From positions 64,001 through 128,000 of the forward strand of contig JBHLMQ010000001.1 of assembly GCA_048938005.1 (NCBI GenBank): a DNA stretch of 64,000 bases, in the 5' to 3' direction. How positions within the stretch are numbered: position 1 is the first letter of the stretch; the number at the start of each line of letters is the position of its first letter. The translations under genes were made by a program, and so were the position numbers. The notes below the pieces were generated by a model. The model searched no databases and was not told where the DNA came from. It saw nothing but the letters and a program-made list of their open reading frames with translations. The stretch is from Promethearchaeota archaeon. Lineage in GTDB: Archaea; Asgardarchaeota; Lokiarchaeia; Sigyniarchaeales; SOKP01. Below are positions 38,058 through 47,962 of the stretch, piece by piece.

Positions 38058-39272
38058 TTAAAAAAAATCACTTACTTTCCTTCCTTTTTCAAAAATAGCA
38101 TTAGTTTTTTCCATAATATCAGGAATATCTATTTGTTGTGGACATTTTTCCAGACATTCACCACATTGAATACATAAACTAGCGGCTCCTTCTATTTCAT
38201 CACCTTCAGATATCCTTTTTTCTAATACTTCTTGCGTTTTCACCATATCATTATAGAAAAAACTTATTCTTGATCTGCCTCTTTCACCCCAATAATAAAT
38301 CTCATTTAGTAATCTAAAAACTGCCGGAATTGTGACTCCATTTGGGCACGGTAAGCAATATCCACAGCTCGTACAATCCACTATTGTATATTTGCTATAT
38401 GCATCACGCAATTCAGAAATTGTTATTAATTCCTCATCAGTTAAAATTTTAATTCCTGAATTATTAGCAGATTCAATATTTTCCTTAACTTGTTGCATAA
38501 TACTCATTCCACTTAATACAACGGAAACTTCAGGGTGGTTCCAAACAAATTGTAAAGCCCAATCAGCCATAGTTCTCTTAACTTTTGCTTTTTCTAAAAC
38601 TGCTTTAATTTCTGGTTTTGTATCCAATTTATGCTCTGGAATTGCTAACTTTCCACCTCGAATTGGCTCCATAATAATTAATGCAATATTTTTATTGCCA
38701 GCATATTCTACTCCTTTAGTACCTGCTTGATATTCAATATCAAGATAATTATATTGAATTTGGCAGCAATCCCATTGATAATAATCTATTATCTCTTTGA
38801 ATACCTCAAAATTATCATGAAATGAAAATCCTATGTGTTTTATTAGCCCTTTAGATTTTGCTTCCTCGATCTTTTCTATTAAATTAAGATTTTTTATTTT
38901 TTCTAATCTTTGCTTATTTAAACCATGAAAGAGATAAATGTCAGGATTAGTTTGTAATCTCTCAATTTGTTCATTCAGAAATCTATCAAAATCCTCTCTT
39001 TTCTTTACTAACCACATTGGCAATTTTGTTGTGAGGTGGACTTTCTCACGATAGCCATCCTTTAGTGCTTTTCCCACTAAAATCTCACTTTCACCATTAT
39101 GGTAAGGGTATGCTGTGTCTATATAGTTAATTCCATTGTCAATTGCATAGCGAATCATTTTAATTGCTTCATCCTCTCTTATTTTAAAATGTTGGTCAAT
39201 CGGTAATCGCATAGCACCAAATCCAAGAACAGATACTTCCCAATCAAGGGATCCCATTTTTCTATATTTCAT
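38058..39272 (-). CDS. Aldo/keto reductase with C-terminal 4Fe-4S dicluster domain
   Basis: LGFGAMRLP, IDTAYPYH, GFSFH, QIQYNYLD, MEPIRGG, CTSCGYCLPCP, CIQCGECLEKCPQ. Confidence 0.93.
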   Translation of the reverse strand: MKYRKMGSLDWEVSVLGFGAMRLPIDQHFKIREDEAIKMIRYAIDNGINYIDTAYPYHNGESEILVGKALKDGYREKVHLTTKLPMWLVKKREDFDRFLNEQIERLQTNPDIYLFHGLNKQRLEKIKNLNLIEKIEEAKSKGLIKHIGFSFHDNFEVFKEIIDYYQWDCCQIQYNYLDIEYQAGTKGVEYAGNKNIALIIMEPIRGGKLAIPEHKLDTKPEIKAVLEKAKVKRTMADWALQFVWNHPEVSVVLSGMSIMQQVKENIESANNSGIKILTDEELITISELRDAYSKYTIVDCTSCGYCLPCPNGVTIPAVFRLLNEIYYWGERGRSRISFFYNDMVKTQEVLEKRISEGDEIEGAASLCIQCGECLEKCPQQIDIPDIMEKTNAIFEKGRKVSDFF

Positions 39273-39536
39273 ATTATAGTTCTCATTTTTTTTTAATTAA
39301 AGGAAGAAATATACAATGTTAATTGAAGTTTATTTTTCATTTTTATAAAAAAATTAAGTATTCATTCGTATGAGTGTAAATCTATTGTGTGGATATTACA
39401 AGTCTTAATAAAACATCTTCTTCAAAATAAAAGTAATTTAAATAATTAATTACTAAATTTGAACTGTTTTTTTCTTTATAAATACAAAATAGTTATTATT
39501 TTTAAAATAAAACTATAAAAAACAAGTGAAAATTTT

Positions 39537-39710
39537 ATGAGCAATGATGTAGATTTAGCGATTGAGTTAAATTTACTGGAGTGCCCTTTTTTAACTTCAT
39601 GTGTACTTCCAAAAATACAGTTTTTATGCAAAATTCCTGAATGTAAAAATTGTCCAGACTATAATCATAAGGTGGAAAGGATCTATCAAGCTCCTAATCT
39701 GAATTTTTAA
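39537..39710 (+). CDS. Small Cys-rich hypothetical protein (57 aa; absent from the ORF track)
   Basis: MSNDVDLAIELNLLECPFLTSCVLPKIQFLCKIPECKNCPDYNHKVERIYQAPNLNF; five Cys; stop overlaps the stop of the convergent gene. Confidence 0.6.
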   Translation: MSNDVDLAIELNLLECPFLTSCVLPKIQFLCKIPECKNCPDYNHKVERIYQAPNLNF

Positions 39711-40429
39711 AATTTGCTGATGATTTGGTCTTTATATCTAATATATTCTTTTAAATCTTTAATTTTCTCAAGTTTAAAGCGTTTTAATCCTGAATCTGAT
39801 AAATTATAATCATAAACTCTTTCAAGAAAAGTCGAGATTAAGAATGCGGTGGCTCCCCAGACAGTAAATACCTTTCCATTCTCTTTTTTAATATAATTAA
39901 AATAGAAAATTGGAAATTTTTTACTATTGATATCAACGGCCTGTTCTTTAAAATTTATTTTTTTAATAAAAAAGTCTATAGGGATTTTAACAATTTCCTG
40001 TACTTCTCTATCATCTTTTACTAATTTTTGATCTTTATCAATAATTCCTATAAAGGGAGTAATTATATACTTTGTCATTGTTGGAAAATCATCAAGACAA
40101 CCAATTATTTTAATATTATCTTTAGAAACACCAATTTCTTCTTCTGTTTCTCTTAAAGCGGTATCTCTCAAAGATTCATCTAATACAGGTTCAAATTTTC
40201 CACCAGGAAATGACATTTCACCTCTATGTCTTGTACCCTTATCTGATCGATGAATAAAAATTAATTCATATGGTTTATCTTCATAAGGAATTATTGAAAA
40301 AAGAACTGCTGAACTTGTAAAGAAATCATCTTTTATTGATATTCTTAAGGGTGAATCACAGGGATATAAGCTTTTTTTAATAAATATTTCATCGAAAATT
40401 AAGTTTAGTGTATCCATTTGTATTAGCAA
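39707..40429 (-). CDS. Nudix hydrolase, CoA pyrophosphatase (NudL/NUDT7) family
   Basis: SAVL, HRGEMSFPGGK, TALRETEEEIG, VWGATA. Confidence 0.92.
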   Translation of the reverse strand: MLIQMDTLNLIFDEIFIKKSLYPCDSPLRISIKDDFFTSSAVLFSIIPYEDKPYELIFIHRSDKGTRHRGEMSFPGGKFEPVLDESLRDTALRETEEEIGVSKDNIKIIGCLDDFPTMTKYIITPFIGIIDKDQKLVKDDREVQEIVKIPIDFFIKKINFKEQAVDINSKKFPIFYFNYIKKENGKVFTVWGATAFLISTFLERVYDYNLSDSGLKRFKLEKIKDLKEYIRYKDQIISKF

Positions 40430-40501
40430 AGATTTAAAGATATCTATTATTTAAAAAACATAATATTTTATCCTAAAAAAGATTTTAGCAAGTGTTTAAT
40501 T

Positions 40502-40801
40502 ATGAAACTTCCGAAGGAGCTTAGAGATAAAACTGAATTTGGTGGAAGTGCTAAAAACAGAAAGTGTTCAATAAAGGCTTGTAAGGAAATTGCTATTCGG
40601 TCACTCTCAGAAAATTCCTGGAAAAAATATGTCGAAAAAGCAGGCTTAAAATATAATGAAAATTCACGACATAAAATTTATTTATGCAAAAAGCATTATA
40701 ATGAATCTAATAAATTTAGAAAGTCCCAAGAAAAGATATTTCAGAAAAAAGGCTTTTTAGATGATTCGGTTGCTGTTAGGAAAGGAGATTGGGAATATTA
40801 A
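40502..40801 (+). CDS. Small basic hypothetical protein, probable C3H Zn-binding domain
   Basis: CSIKAC ... YLCKKHY. Confidence 0.7.
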   Translation: MKLPKELRDKTEFGGSAKNRKCSIKACKEIAIRSLSENSWKKYVEKAGLKYNENSRHKIYLCKKHYNESNKFRKSQEKIFQKKGFLDDSVAVRKGDWEY

Positions 40802-40923
40802 GGAATTGCAGCCATTTTTTTATACAAATTACTTATTAAATTAAATTGTCCCTCAATAATTCCTATAGTTAAGAGAGATAACCCTATAAGTAATATTATA
40901 ATAGTAATTAATTTGTTTCTCAT
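40798..40923 (-). CDS. Small single-TM protein (41 aa; absent from the ORF track)
   Basis: MRNKLITIIILLIGLSLLTIGIIEGQFNLISNLYKKMAAIP; follows the 40975-41823 gene and overlaps the convergent stop. Confidence 0.55.
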   Translation of the reverse strand: MRNKLITIIILLIGLSLLTIGIIEGQFNLISNLYKKMAAIP

Positions 40924-40974
40924 ATTTATCTTGTCTTTAAATATTACTTAATAAAAATATTTTTACTATAAATT

Positions 40975-41823
40975 TTATTTTGATAATTTTTCTAAGGTAT
41001 TAATTTTAGTATTAATTTTTTTTAATTTAAGATCAAAATCTTTATCTTGCTGCGTGTATTCATCTTCTGTAATTTCTTTTGCACGAAATCTACCTTTATT
41101 AAGCTTTCTCTCCCCGGATAATTCAGTTTTTTCCAATTTTAGATCTTGAATCCATAATTTCATTCCTTCTACCAGATCTTCTCTTTCATTTTCTAAATCA
41201 GTTTTCTCTTGCTTATATTTCTCTCTTAATTTTTCGAACGTTTCTTTATCAACTCTATGTAGTTTATGTTCTCTAGATAAGTTTTCTAGTTGAAATATTT
41301 TAGTATCAATATCTTGGTTGATCCTTTGAACAATAAAAGGCTCTTCTAAATTCTGCTTAATAACACTCTCTTTCTGTTTTAGTTCATTTATTAAGGTTTT
41401 AATTGCCTCTAATTTTATATTTACTTCCTTTTTATATTCCATATCATATTCATATCGCGGGTCTTTTGTAGATTTTGAAATTTCATTTAACCTTTCTATC
41501 AGAACTTTTTTATTTAGTTGAATATCATTATACTCAATATAATAAACCATTTGTTCTTTTACATCCTCGGGAAGAGGTTTCGTTTCTCTTTTTTCCTTGG
41601 TTTTTTTAGGTTTTTTTTTAATTTTTTCTTCCATTTCCAAAATTTCTTCCTTTTCTTCTCCTTTCTCTTCAACTCTTATTTCTTCTTCTTTCTTTATTGG
41701 TTCTTTTCTCTCTATTTTTCTTTCTGCTTTTGGGATGTCAATTAGCATAGGTTTACCACATATAATACAGAATTTATCTGTTTCTTTTACTGGATTACCA
41801 CAATAAGGACAAAATTTAGCCAT
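40975..41823 (-). CDS. Zn-ribbon plus long coiled-coil protein (CdvA-like coiled-coil pattern)
   Basis: FCPYCG...FCIICG, charged linker, repeated 'VDKETFEKLREKY' and 'ITEDEYTQ' motifs. Confidence 0.7.
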   Translation of the reverse strand: MAKFCPYCGNPVKETDKFCIICGKPMLIDIPKAERKIERKEPIKKEEEIRVEEKGEEKEEILEMEEKIKKKPKKTKEKRETKPLPEDVKEQMVYYIEYNDIQLNKKVLIERLNEISKSTKDPRYEYDMEYKKEVNIKLEAIKTLINELKQKESVIKQNLEEPFIVQRINQDIDTKIFQLENLSREHKLHRVDKETFEKLREKYKQEKTDLENEREDLVEGMKLWIQDLKLEKTELSGERKLNKGRFRAKEITEDEYTQQDKDFDLKLKKINTKINTLEKLSK

Positions 41824-41991
41824 AAGCTCCACGTTTAGGATATGTTATTAAACTAATCATATGATATTCTAAATTAAAATCATAATTAAAATTAATTGAG
41901 TCCGATTTTTGAAATTTCTTAAATTATACTAATTTTTTAGTCATAACCAATGACAAGATATAAATTTTTTTCATTTTTTAAGTAAATAAGG

Positions 41992-43410
41992 ATGGAAATT
42001 GAAAAGAAAATCCCCGTCCACATTGGATTATTCGGACATATTGACTCTGGAAAAACCAAAATTGCTTCAGTACTTAGTGAAATAATTTCTACAGCTGGTA
42101 TTGATGCTCATCCACAAAGCAAAGAGAGAGGGATTACAATAGATTTAGGATTTACAAGTTTTATGCTTGATCAATACTTAATCACATTAGTAGATGGTCC
42201 AGGTCATGCAGATCTAATAAAAATTAGCGCTTCCTCAGTAGAAATTATTGATTGTGCTTTAATTGTTATTGACATTAATAAAGGGCCTCAAGTTCAAACT
42301 GGTGAGCATATAATTATTGTTGAGTCGCTCAATATCAAAAAAATCATTGTTATCCTCAATAAAACTGATTTATTCTCTGGAAATCTCGATGAAGAAATAA
42401 AAAAAACAAGAAAATTTTTCGATTCAACTTCCTTTGGTTATAATGTGCCAATTTTTGCGGTTTCTGCGAAAGAAAAGATTGGATTTGAAGAATTAAAAAA
42501 AGGTATATTAGAAACAATAAATTTTCTAAAGATTGAAAGACAAACTAAAGGAGATATTATAATTCCTATTGATCATCATTTTCCAATAAAAGGTATGGGA
42601 GCAATATTAACAGGGACAATTTTGGTTGGAACGTTAAAAGTAAATCAAAACTTAGAAATATTGCCTGTAAAAACATCTGGTAGAGTTAAAACTATCCAAA
42701 TTTTCCACCAAAATGTTTATTCTGCAAAAGCAGGTGATAGAGTTGGCATTAATATGAAAGGTTTAGATTTGAAAAAGGTTTATCGAGGGTGTTATGCTAC
42801 AACCAATCCTAATGCTTTTGAATATTGCAATATAATTGAGGTAAAAGTAAATAATAATAAACTCTTCAAACCTAAAACCAATTTTGGTACTCAAATACAC
42901 ATTACTATTGGAATGGTGACTACTAGTGGAAATATTTATCCTTACTATGATTTGGATGGAAAAAGGATTCAAACAATTGTTTCAAATGAAAATAGAGGAT
43001 TTAAGGCCCTAATAATCTTAAAGGAAAAAGTTTTAATAAAAAAAAAGAAATCAATCATGCTATTAAGTCGATTAGATTTACCTCCAACTACTTTAAGAAT
43101 ATTGGGATCAGCAGAGCTATTGAAGATACATAATGAATCCCCTTTATTTCATAAATATAAAGTAAAAAGAGGCACCATCAAAAATCTAGAACATTCTCAA
43201 GGGATTATCTGTGTAGGATTAGCACAAAGCGCTACTGGGGCAAAAAAAATTGTGGGAAAAGAATTAGAACCCCCTTTTACTAAAATTTTAGATACATTCG
43301 GTTCAAAGGGTGCAGTAATCGTTGGGATTAGCGGTAAAGAGACAAAAATAAAGAGAGGAGATCCAGTATTTCTAAAAGAATTAAGGAGTTTTCAACTAAA
43401 AAACATTTAA
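41992..43410 (+). CDS. selB: Selenocysteine-specific elongation factor SelB/eEFSec
   Basis: GHIDSGKT, DAHPQSKERGITIDLGF, VDGPGHADL, QTGEH, DHHFPIKG, RLDLPPTTLRI. Confidence 0.95.
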   Translation: MEIEKKIPVHIGLFGHIDSGKTKIASVLSEIISTAGIDAHPQSKERGITIDLGFTSFMLDQYLITLVDGPGHADLIKISASSVEIIDCALIVIDINKGPQVQTGEHIIIVESLNIKKIIVILNKTDLFSGNLDEEIKKTRKFFDSTSFGYNVPIFAVSAKEKIGFEELKKGILETINFLKIERQTKGDIIIPIDHHFPIKGMGAILTGTILVGTLKVNQNLEILPVKTSGRVKTIQIFHQNVYSAKAGDRVGINMKGLDLKKVYRGCYATTNPNAFEYCNIIEVKVNNNKLFKPKTNFGTQIHITIGMVTTSGNIYPYYDLDGKRIQTIVSNENRGFKALIILKEKVLIKKKKSIMLLSRLDLPPTTLRILGSAELLKIHNESPLFHKYKVKRGTIKNLEHSQGIICVGLAQSATGAKKIVGKELEPPFTKILDTFGSKGAVIVGISGKETKIKRGDPVFLKELRSFQLKNI

Positions 43411-43450
43411 ATTCCCAAAAATTTATATTATCTTAACAGAGGTGTTAAAA

Positions 43451-43885
43451 TTGGAAAAAGCTGATGGCTCTGAAATTTCAATAAGCCAAGATATACTAGA
43501 CGAATTAATGCGTGCTTTAGAAAGGCTAGAAGCTTCGACAGATTTAGAAGGAACTGCAGTGGTTTCAAAAACAGGGTTAAGAATTGCGAGTTCTGAAACT
43601 GCTGATGTTGTATGGGATATTTACAGTGCGAGCCCCGCAACATTAATTTCATTAGGTGAAAAAATTAGTCAAGGATTAGAACAAGGTGAATTAAGGGATA
43701 TTGTTATTCGAGGGACTAAAGGGTATACAATTATCTTGGTTGGTTCTGCTGATAATAATTTTATGCTATTTACGAATTGCAAAAAAGGATATAAATTAGG
43801 GTACTATTTCCACAAAATAAGAAAAGCCTTCAAGGAAATGGAACCTGTTTTAAGAAAAATTGAAACTAAAAATATTAATTATTAA
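43451..43885 (+). CDS. Roadblock/LC7 domain protein (probable TTG start)
   Basis: LEGTAVVSKTGLRIAS, ATLISLGEKISQGL, IVIRGTKGY; SD GAGGTG upstream. Confidence 0.88.
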   Translation: MEKADGSEISISQDILDELMRALERLEASTDLEGTAVVSKTGLRIASSETADVVWDIYSASPATLISLGEKISQGLEQGELRDIVIRGTKGYTIILVGSADNNFMLFTNCKKGYKLGYYFHKIRKAFKEMEPVLRKIETKNINY

Positions 43886-43961
43886 AATATTTTATTTTCT
43901 TCTGATGTCTTAACTTCGTTAAAATTAATAAAAAAAGAAAGAATTCATTAAATAGCAGTTT

Positions 43962-44351
43962 TTACTTTATTAGCCATTTTACTTCATCTCCATCATTTAA
44001 AGGGTATTCCGGTGCACCTACATTTGGGAAATTATTATTAACCATATAAACCCATCCCCCACTAATTCCATCGATTTCTGATACGTAAATGCCCCAGCTA
44101 AAATCTACATATTCAATATCGCACCATTTGTCTAAAGCATCAAAAGCCGTTGTTTTTCCATTATCCAAAGTAAAGTTTTCATGGACTCTAATAGTTCCAT
44201 TTTTATAATCAACAATTAACGTAATATTTTTGACGCTTTCTTTTGGAGTTTCGGTTGGAGTATAATATAGGTTGAAATTAGCTATTATAAGCAATGAAAA
44301 ACTGGTTATCCCTGCAATTGCTATAATGAAAAATTTTAATTTCTTATTCAT
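43962..44351 (-). CDS. DUF4430 (transcobalamin-like C-terminal) membrane-anchored protein
   Basis: N-terminal TM, TAFDAL, GIYVSEIDGI, GWVYMVNN, VGA..Y.LNDGD.V.W. Confidence 0.85.
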   Translation of the reverse strand: MNKKLKFFIIAIAGITSFSLLIIANFNLYYTPTETPKESVKNITLIVDYKNGTIRVHENFTLDNGKTTAFDALDKWCDIEYVDFSWGIYVSEIDGISGGWVYMVNNNFPNVGAPEYPLNDGDEVKWLIK

Positions 44352-44393
44352 AGAAGGGGTTCACTAATTCGAAAAAATAAAAATTAAAAATTT

Positions 44394-45206
44394 TTAATTT
44401 GTTCTTATTTTCTTTATTAAATTATGTATCACAATTATTAAAGTTGTAGCAATTACAGTACTAAGCAGCAATAATGGAAACGATGGTATTACTGGTTCAG
44501 TTTTTTGAAAATTTAACTCATAATCACTTAATTGTAGCTCGAGATCTGGACCAAAACTGCTCTGAACTTTACTATAAACTAAAATACCAGTTATTTTATC
44601 ATAAATCATCGTACAATTTTGATTCTTGTTATCTTGTTTAAAAGCAAATTCAACAATGTAATCATATTCCTTATAAATTAAACTTCCTTGCATGAATCCT
44701 GGCCCGGATACCTGGTCTATTGCCAAGGTTATTAAGTTTTCTAAATTATTAATTTGAATTAGAAAACCAGAATGAAACGAGTTATAACCAATAGCTAAAG
44801 ATAATCCCGCTTCGCTATTAGATACATTATAGAATGTAGTGTTAGTAATTAGTATTCCTGCTACATTTTCCATGAAAGTTATGTTAATATAGGGAATAGG
44901 GTTGTTAAAACAAGATGGAGCATATGCTAAAGGATCATCATCATAAAATCCTGTGAAATTAACAATGATCTGCCCTCCAGGATTTGTAATAGCATCACCT
45001 CTTGAAGACCAATTTAAATCGAGCCAGGTAAATTTAGAATCAAATTGCGTTATGTTATATATATAAGGTCTATTCAAATCTAATTGTTGATAATAGTTTA
45101 CTGGAATAGTATTATTTGCCATAGTTGAAGCAATTGTTGCAGAGAATATTAGTGGAACTATCATTAAACAAATAAGTATTTTAATTGAAATTCGATTAAG
45201 TCTCAT
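44394..45206 (-). CDS. Secreted/surface protein with C-terminal sorting-type anchor
   Basis: Signal peptide, several NxS/T sequons, C-terminal IPSFP + TM + basic tail. Confidence 0.75.
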   Translation of the reverse strand: MRLNRISIKILICLMIVPLIFSATIASTMANNTIPVNYYQQLDLNRPYIYNITQFDSKFTWLDLNWSSRGDAITNPGGQIIVNFTGFYDDDPLAYAPSCFNNPIPYINITFMENVAGILITNTTFYNVSNSEAGLSLAIGYNSFHSGFLIQINNLENLITLAIDQVSGPGFMQGSLIYKEYDYIVEFAFKQDNKNQNCTMIYDKITGILVYSKVQSSFGPDLELQLSDYELNFQKTEPVIPSFPLLLLSTVIATTLIIVIHNLIKKIRTN

Positions 45207-45321
45207 AATTATCTATTTTTTTCTTTAGTTTTTTATATAATAATATAAGCGCTTTTCCAAAGTGATTCTATTTTCATTTTTAGATCATAATTTTTAATAT
45301 GATTTTATAAAAGTAACATTT

Positions 45322-45403
45322 AATTTAAAGATAGGGTAACTTACCCTATAAAAACTTGGATTCTTACTCTTAAAAGATTGAACGTAGAACATGTGAAAAA
45401 TTT
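45322..45403 (+). repeat. Left copy of an ~80-bp inverted repeat with palindromic core TAGGGTAA-C-TTACCCTA
   Basis: AATTTAAAGATAGGGTAACTTACCCTA...TTACTCTT...TAGAAC...TGAAA matches the reverse complement of 47171-47252. Confidence 0.75.
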
Positions 45404-45501
45404 AAAAATTTGCTTCTTTTAAAATGATTGAGATTTTTAAATAATACATGATTTAATCAAGACAAACAAGAAAATTTTATTTTAGAGAGAAGAATTAAAA
45501 T

Positions 45502-46041
45502 ATGTCATCCAATGATATTAAAGAAAAATTTGGAAAGGAAAGAATTACCAATGAAATTAAAGAGAGTTACGAACATAAATTAGTCCAAAGACTCGAAGCT
45601 CCCCTTCTAGGATTAATTTTCTTCAGTATTGCGCTATGGGGTTCGAAGTTATTCACGTTTATCTCTCCAGGAACGAGTATAAAGTTCTTTATTGGAATTT
45701 ATGAAATTCATTTCCACCATTTTCATTATGGCATCATTGCATTGGCAATTGGATTAATACTTACTTTTTTTGAAGGAAAATGGTTTGTGAGAATTGAACA
45801 TATTCTATTTGGTGCGGGTTTAGGATTTATCGTTGATGAATATTGGTTGCTTTTAATATTGAATGATACAACTTATTTCGGTCCACAATCACAATTTATC
45901 TCCATGATGATTGGAATAATAATTACTTTGATTTATGTGGTAATAATCGTTGGAGTTTATTTTTATACGAGAGGAGAGCGAAAACTTTGGAAAGAGCTAT
46001 ATGACGCAGTAAAATCCGGCAAAATAAAAATGGATATATAA
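45502..46041 (+). CDS. Hypothetical membrane protein with His-rich motif
   Basis: Four TMs; IHFHHFHYG and GAGLGFIVDE motifs. Confidence 0.75.
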   Translation: MSSNDIKEKFGKERITNEIKESYEHKLVQRLEAPLLGLIFFSIALWGSKLFTFISPGTSIKFFIGIYEIHFHHFHYGIIALAIGLILTFFEGKWFVRIEHILFGAGLGFIVDEYWLLLILNDTTYFGPQSQFISMMIGIIITLIYVVIIVGVYFYTRGERKLWKELYDAVKSGKIKMDI

Positions 46042-46053
46042 AAATTTTTTTCT

Positions 46054-46518
46054 TTAAAGTAAAGCTTTATTTATAATTTTTTCTTTTAATCCTTGCAGTG
46101 CTTTTTGCCATGCATTTTTAAAATAATTGCGAGCTTTTTGCCACTCTGCATCCTTTCTCCAGCCTGTATGGAATAAATGAATCAGTGTTTTATTTGGATC
46201 TTTTTCATTTTGAGAAAAAAATACAATCACATGGGTGAGAGGATCAGCAATATTCATAAAAGATTGAAAATCAACAGGTCCCTTCCAATTAAATGATATA
46301 AATTTATATCTCTCGATTCCAGTAATTTTACAGCCAATTGTGCTATTTTTTTCTCTGTTCTCAGGTTCCCAAAAAAGTTCATATTTCCCTCCAACCTTGG
46401 GATCTACATCAGCTTTTTCAGTTAACCAGCTCTCTAATAATTCATTGACAGTAAATAAATCAAATGCAGCAGATATGTTACAATGTATTTCTTCTTTAAT
46501 CAGAATAATGTCCTCCAT
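46054..46518 (-). CDS. SRPBCC/Aha1-like domain protein
   Basis: LESWL, DPKVGGKYEL, ISFNW, HLFHTGW, W..AL..LK. Confidence 0.88.
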   Translation of the reverse strand: MEDIILIKEEIHCNISAAFDLFTVNELLESWLTEKADVDPKVGGKYELFWEPENREKNSTIGCKITGIERYKFISFNWKGPVDFQSFMNIADPLTHVIVFFSQNEKDPNKTLIHLFHTGWRKDAEWQKARNYFKNAWQKALQGLKEKIINKALL

Positions 46519-46688
46519 AATTATGCACTAAAAATTAGTAACTGAGTAATTTTATTCTTTTAATTTAGTATTAGTTATTCACAGATTATTTAAAGATTTT
46601 TTTATAAAAATGTCAAAAATTTATATATATTAATATAATAATTAGTTTTAGCAAATAAAATCAAATCCAAAATAAAAAGGTAGAAATC

Positions 46689-47105
46689 ATGTCAGAACTA
46701 GAAAGAAGTATTAATGGATTAAGTGAATTTGTTAAAGCCATAAAAGAGGGGTATGAATTATTAAATGCTAATGAAAAATTTAAGGAAGAGTTTAAAGATG
46801 CAAATTTTAAAATACTTCTAAATCCAAAAGACAGATAATATGCTGCTTTAATAACAGTTGAAAATGGAACTGTGTCCGTTGGGGGGATATAAAACAAACC
46901 AAAAGAAAATATATCGAAAGAAAAGTTGGGTTGGGATAGTTATATGAAAACTACAAGGCAAATATTTAAGGATATCCGTGATGGAACGCTTTCAAGTCGT
47001 GATATAAGAGAGAAGGTTCTCGCTCGTAAGATAAAAGTTAAAGGATTAAAATATTTAGCATCATTTAGTCAAATGAGTGCTTTACGAAGAGGAGATACTA
47101 AATAA
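46689..47105 (+). pseudogene. SCP2-like lipid-carrier gene with two in-frame TAA stops (46836, 46890)
   Basis: A single frame reads MSELERS...KILLNPKDR*YAALITVENGTVSVGGI*NKPKEN...WDSYMKTT...VLARKIKVKGLKYL..., resembling the SCP2 pattern. Confidence 0.7.
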
Positions 47106-47170
47106 GACATTAAAATTTACTAGATATCAACTAAAATATTCTTTAGACCATTTTCTTTAATTCACTTTGA

Positions 47171-47252
47171 AAATATTTCATACGTTCTATTCTTATTATT
47201 TGAAGAGTAAAAGTCCGGAGCTCGTAGGGTAAGTTACCCGTATCTTTAAATT
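47171..47252 (-). repeat. Right copy of the ~80-bp inverted repeat
   Basis: Reverse complement reads AATTTAAAGATACGGGTAACTTACCCTA...TTACTCTT...TAGAAC...TGAAA. Confidence 0.75.
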
Positions 47253-47305
47253 CTTTCTATACTTAATAATTAACATATCTAAAAAAAAATTACACAGAGA
47301 TTATA

Positions 47306-47950
47306 TTGGAATTAAAATCAGAAGCAAAAAAACCTAGTGAAAAAGTGGAATTTATAGATACTGAGCAAGAAAGAGTAAGTCATTCAATATTGTTGGAAAG
47401 AAGCTCTTTTCGAATTGCTTTAATCAGCACTTTTACTGCATTAGCTATCGTTTTAGGGTACTTGTTAGCATATATACCTAATATAGAGTTATTTACTTTA
47501 ACCATATTTTTATCAGGTTTTATCCTAGGTAAAAGAGATGGTATAATTGTTGGCTTTTTAAGTTCACTTATTTTCTGTTTTTTTAATCCTCTAGGGGCAT
47601 CTCCTTTACCGCTTTTAACTTTCCAATTAATTCATTATTCAATAACAGGATTAGTAGGGTCTTTATCCAACACTTATTTGAAAAAGAAGGATTTCTTTAA
47701 TCCAAACAAAGATTTATACATATTTTTTGTAATGGCTTTTTTTGGAGTACTTGGAGCATTAATCACATTGACTTTTCAGATATTATCTACATTAGGTTAT
47801 ACTTTTTCTTATGTTGGCACTATCAATGGATTTTTACCCGTGTTTCTTACAAATATAGCTTTTACTGCTATACATATAATTGGAAACACACTTGGATTCA
47901 TCTTTATATTGCCAGGACTAATCCAGCTTATAAACAGGATGCTTCATTAA
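47306..47950 (+). CDS. ECF transporter S component
   Basis: IALISTFTAL, IPNIELFT, FNPLG, HIIGN; six TMs. Confidence 0.85.
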   Translation: MELKSEAKKPSEKVEFIDTEQERVSHSILLERSSFRIALISTFTALAIVLGYLLAYIPNIELFTLTIFLSGFILGKRDGIIVGFLSSLIFCFFNPLGASPLPLLTFQLIHYSITGLVGSLSNTYLKKKDFFNPNKDLYIFFVMAFFGVLGALITLTFQILSTLGYTFSYVGTINGFLPVFLTNIAFTAIHIIGNTLGFIFILPGLIQLINRMLH

Positions 47951-47962
47951 AAAAATAAGAAT

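Noticed and set aside
46836-46892. TAA reassignment (alternative genetic code)
   Set aside because: TAA terminates most conserved genes in the window at their expected positions.
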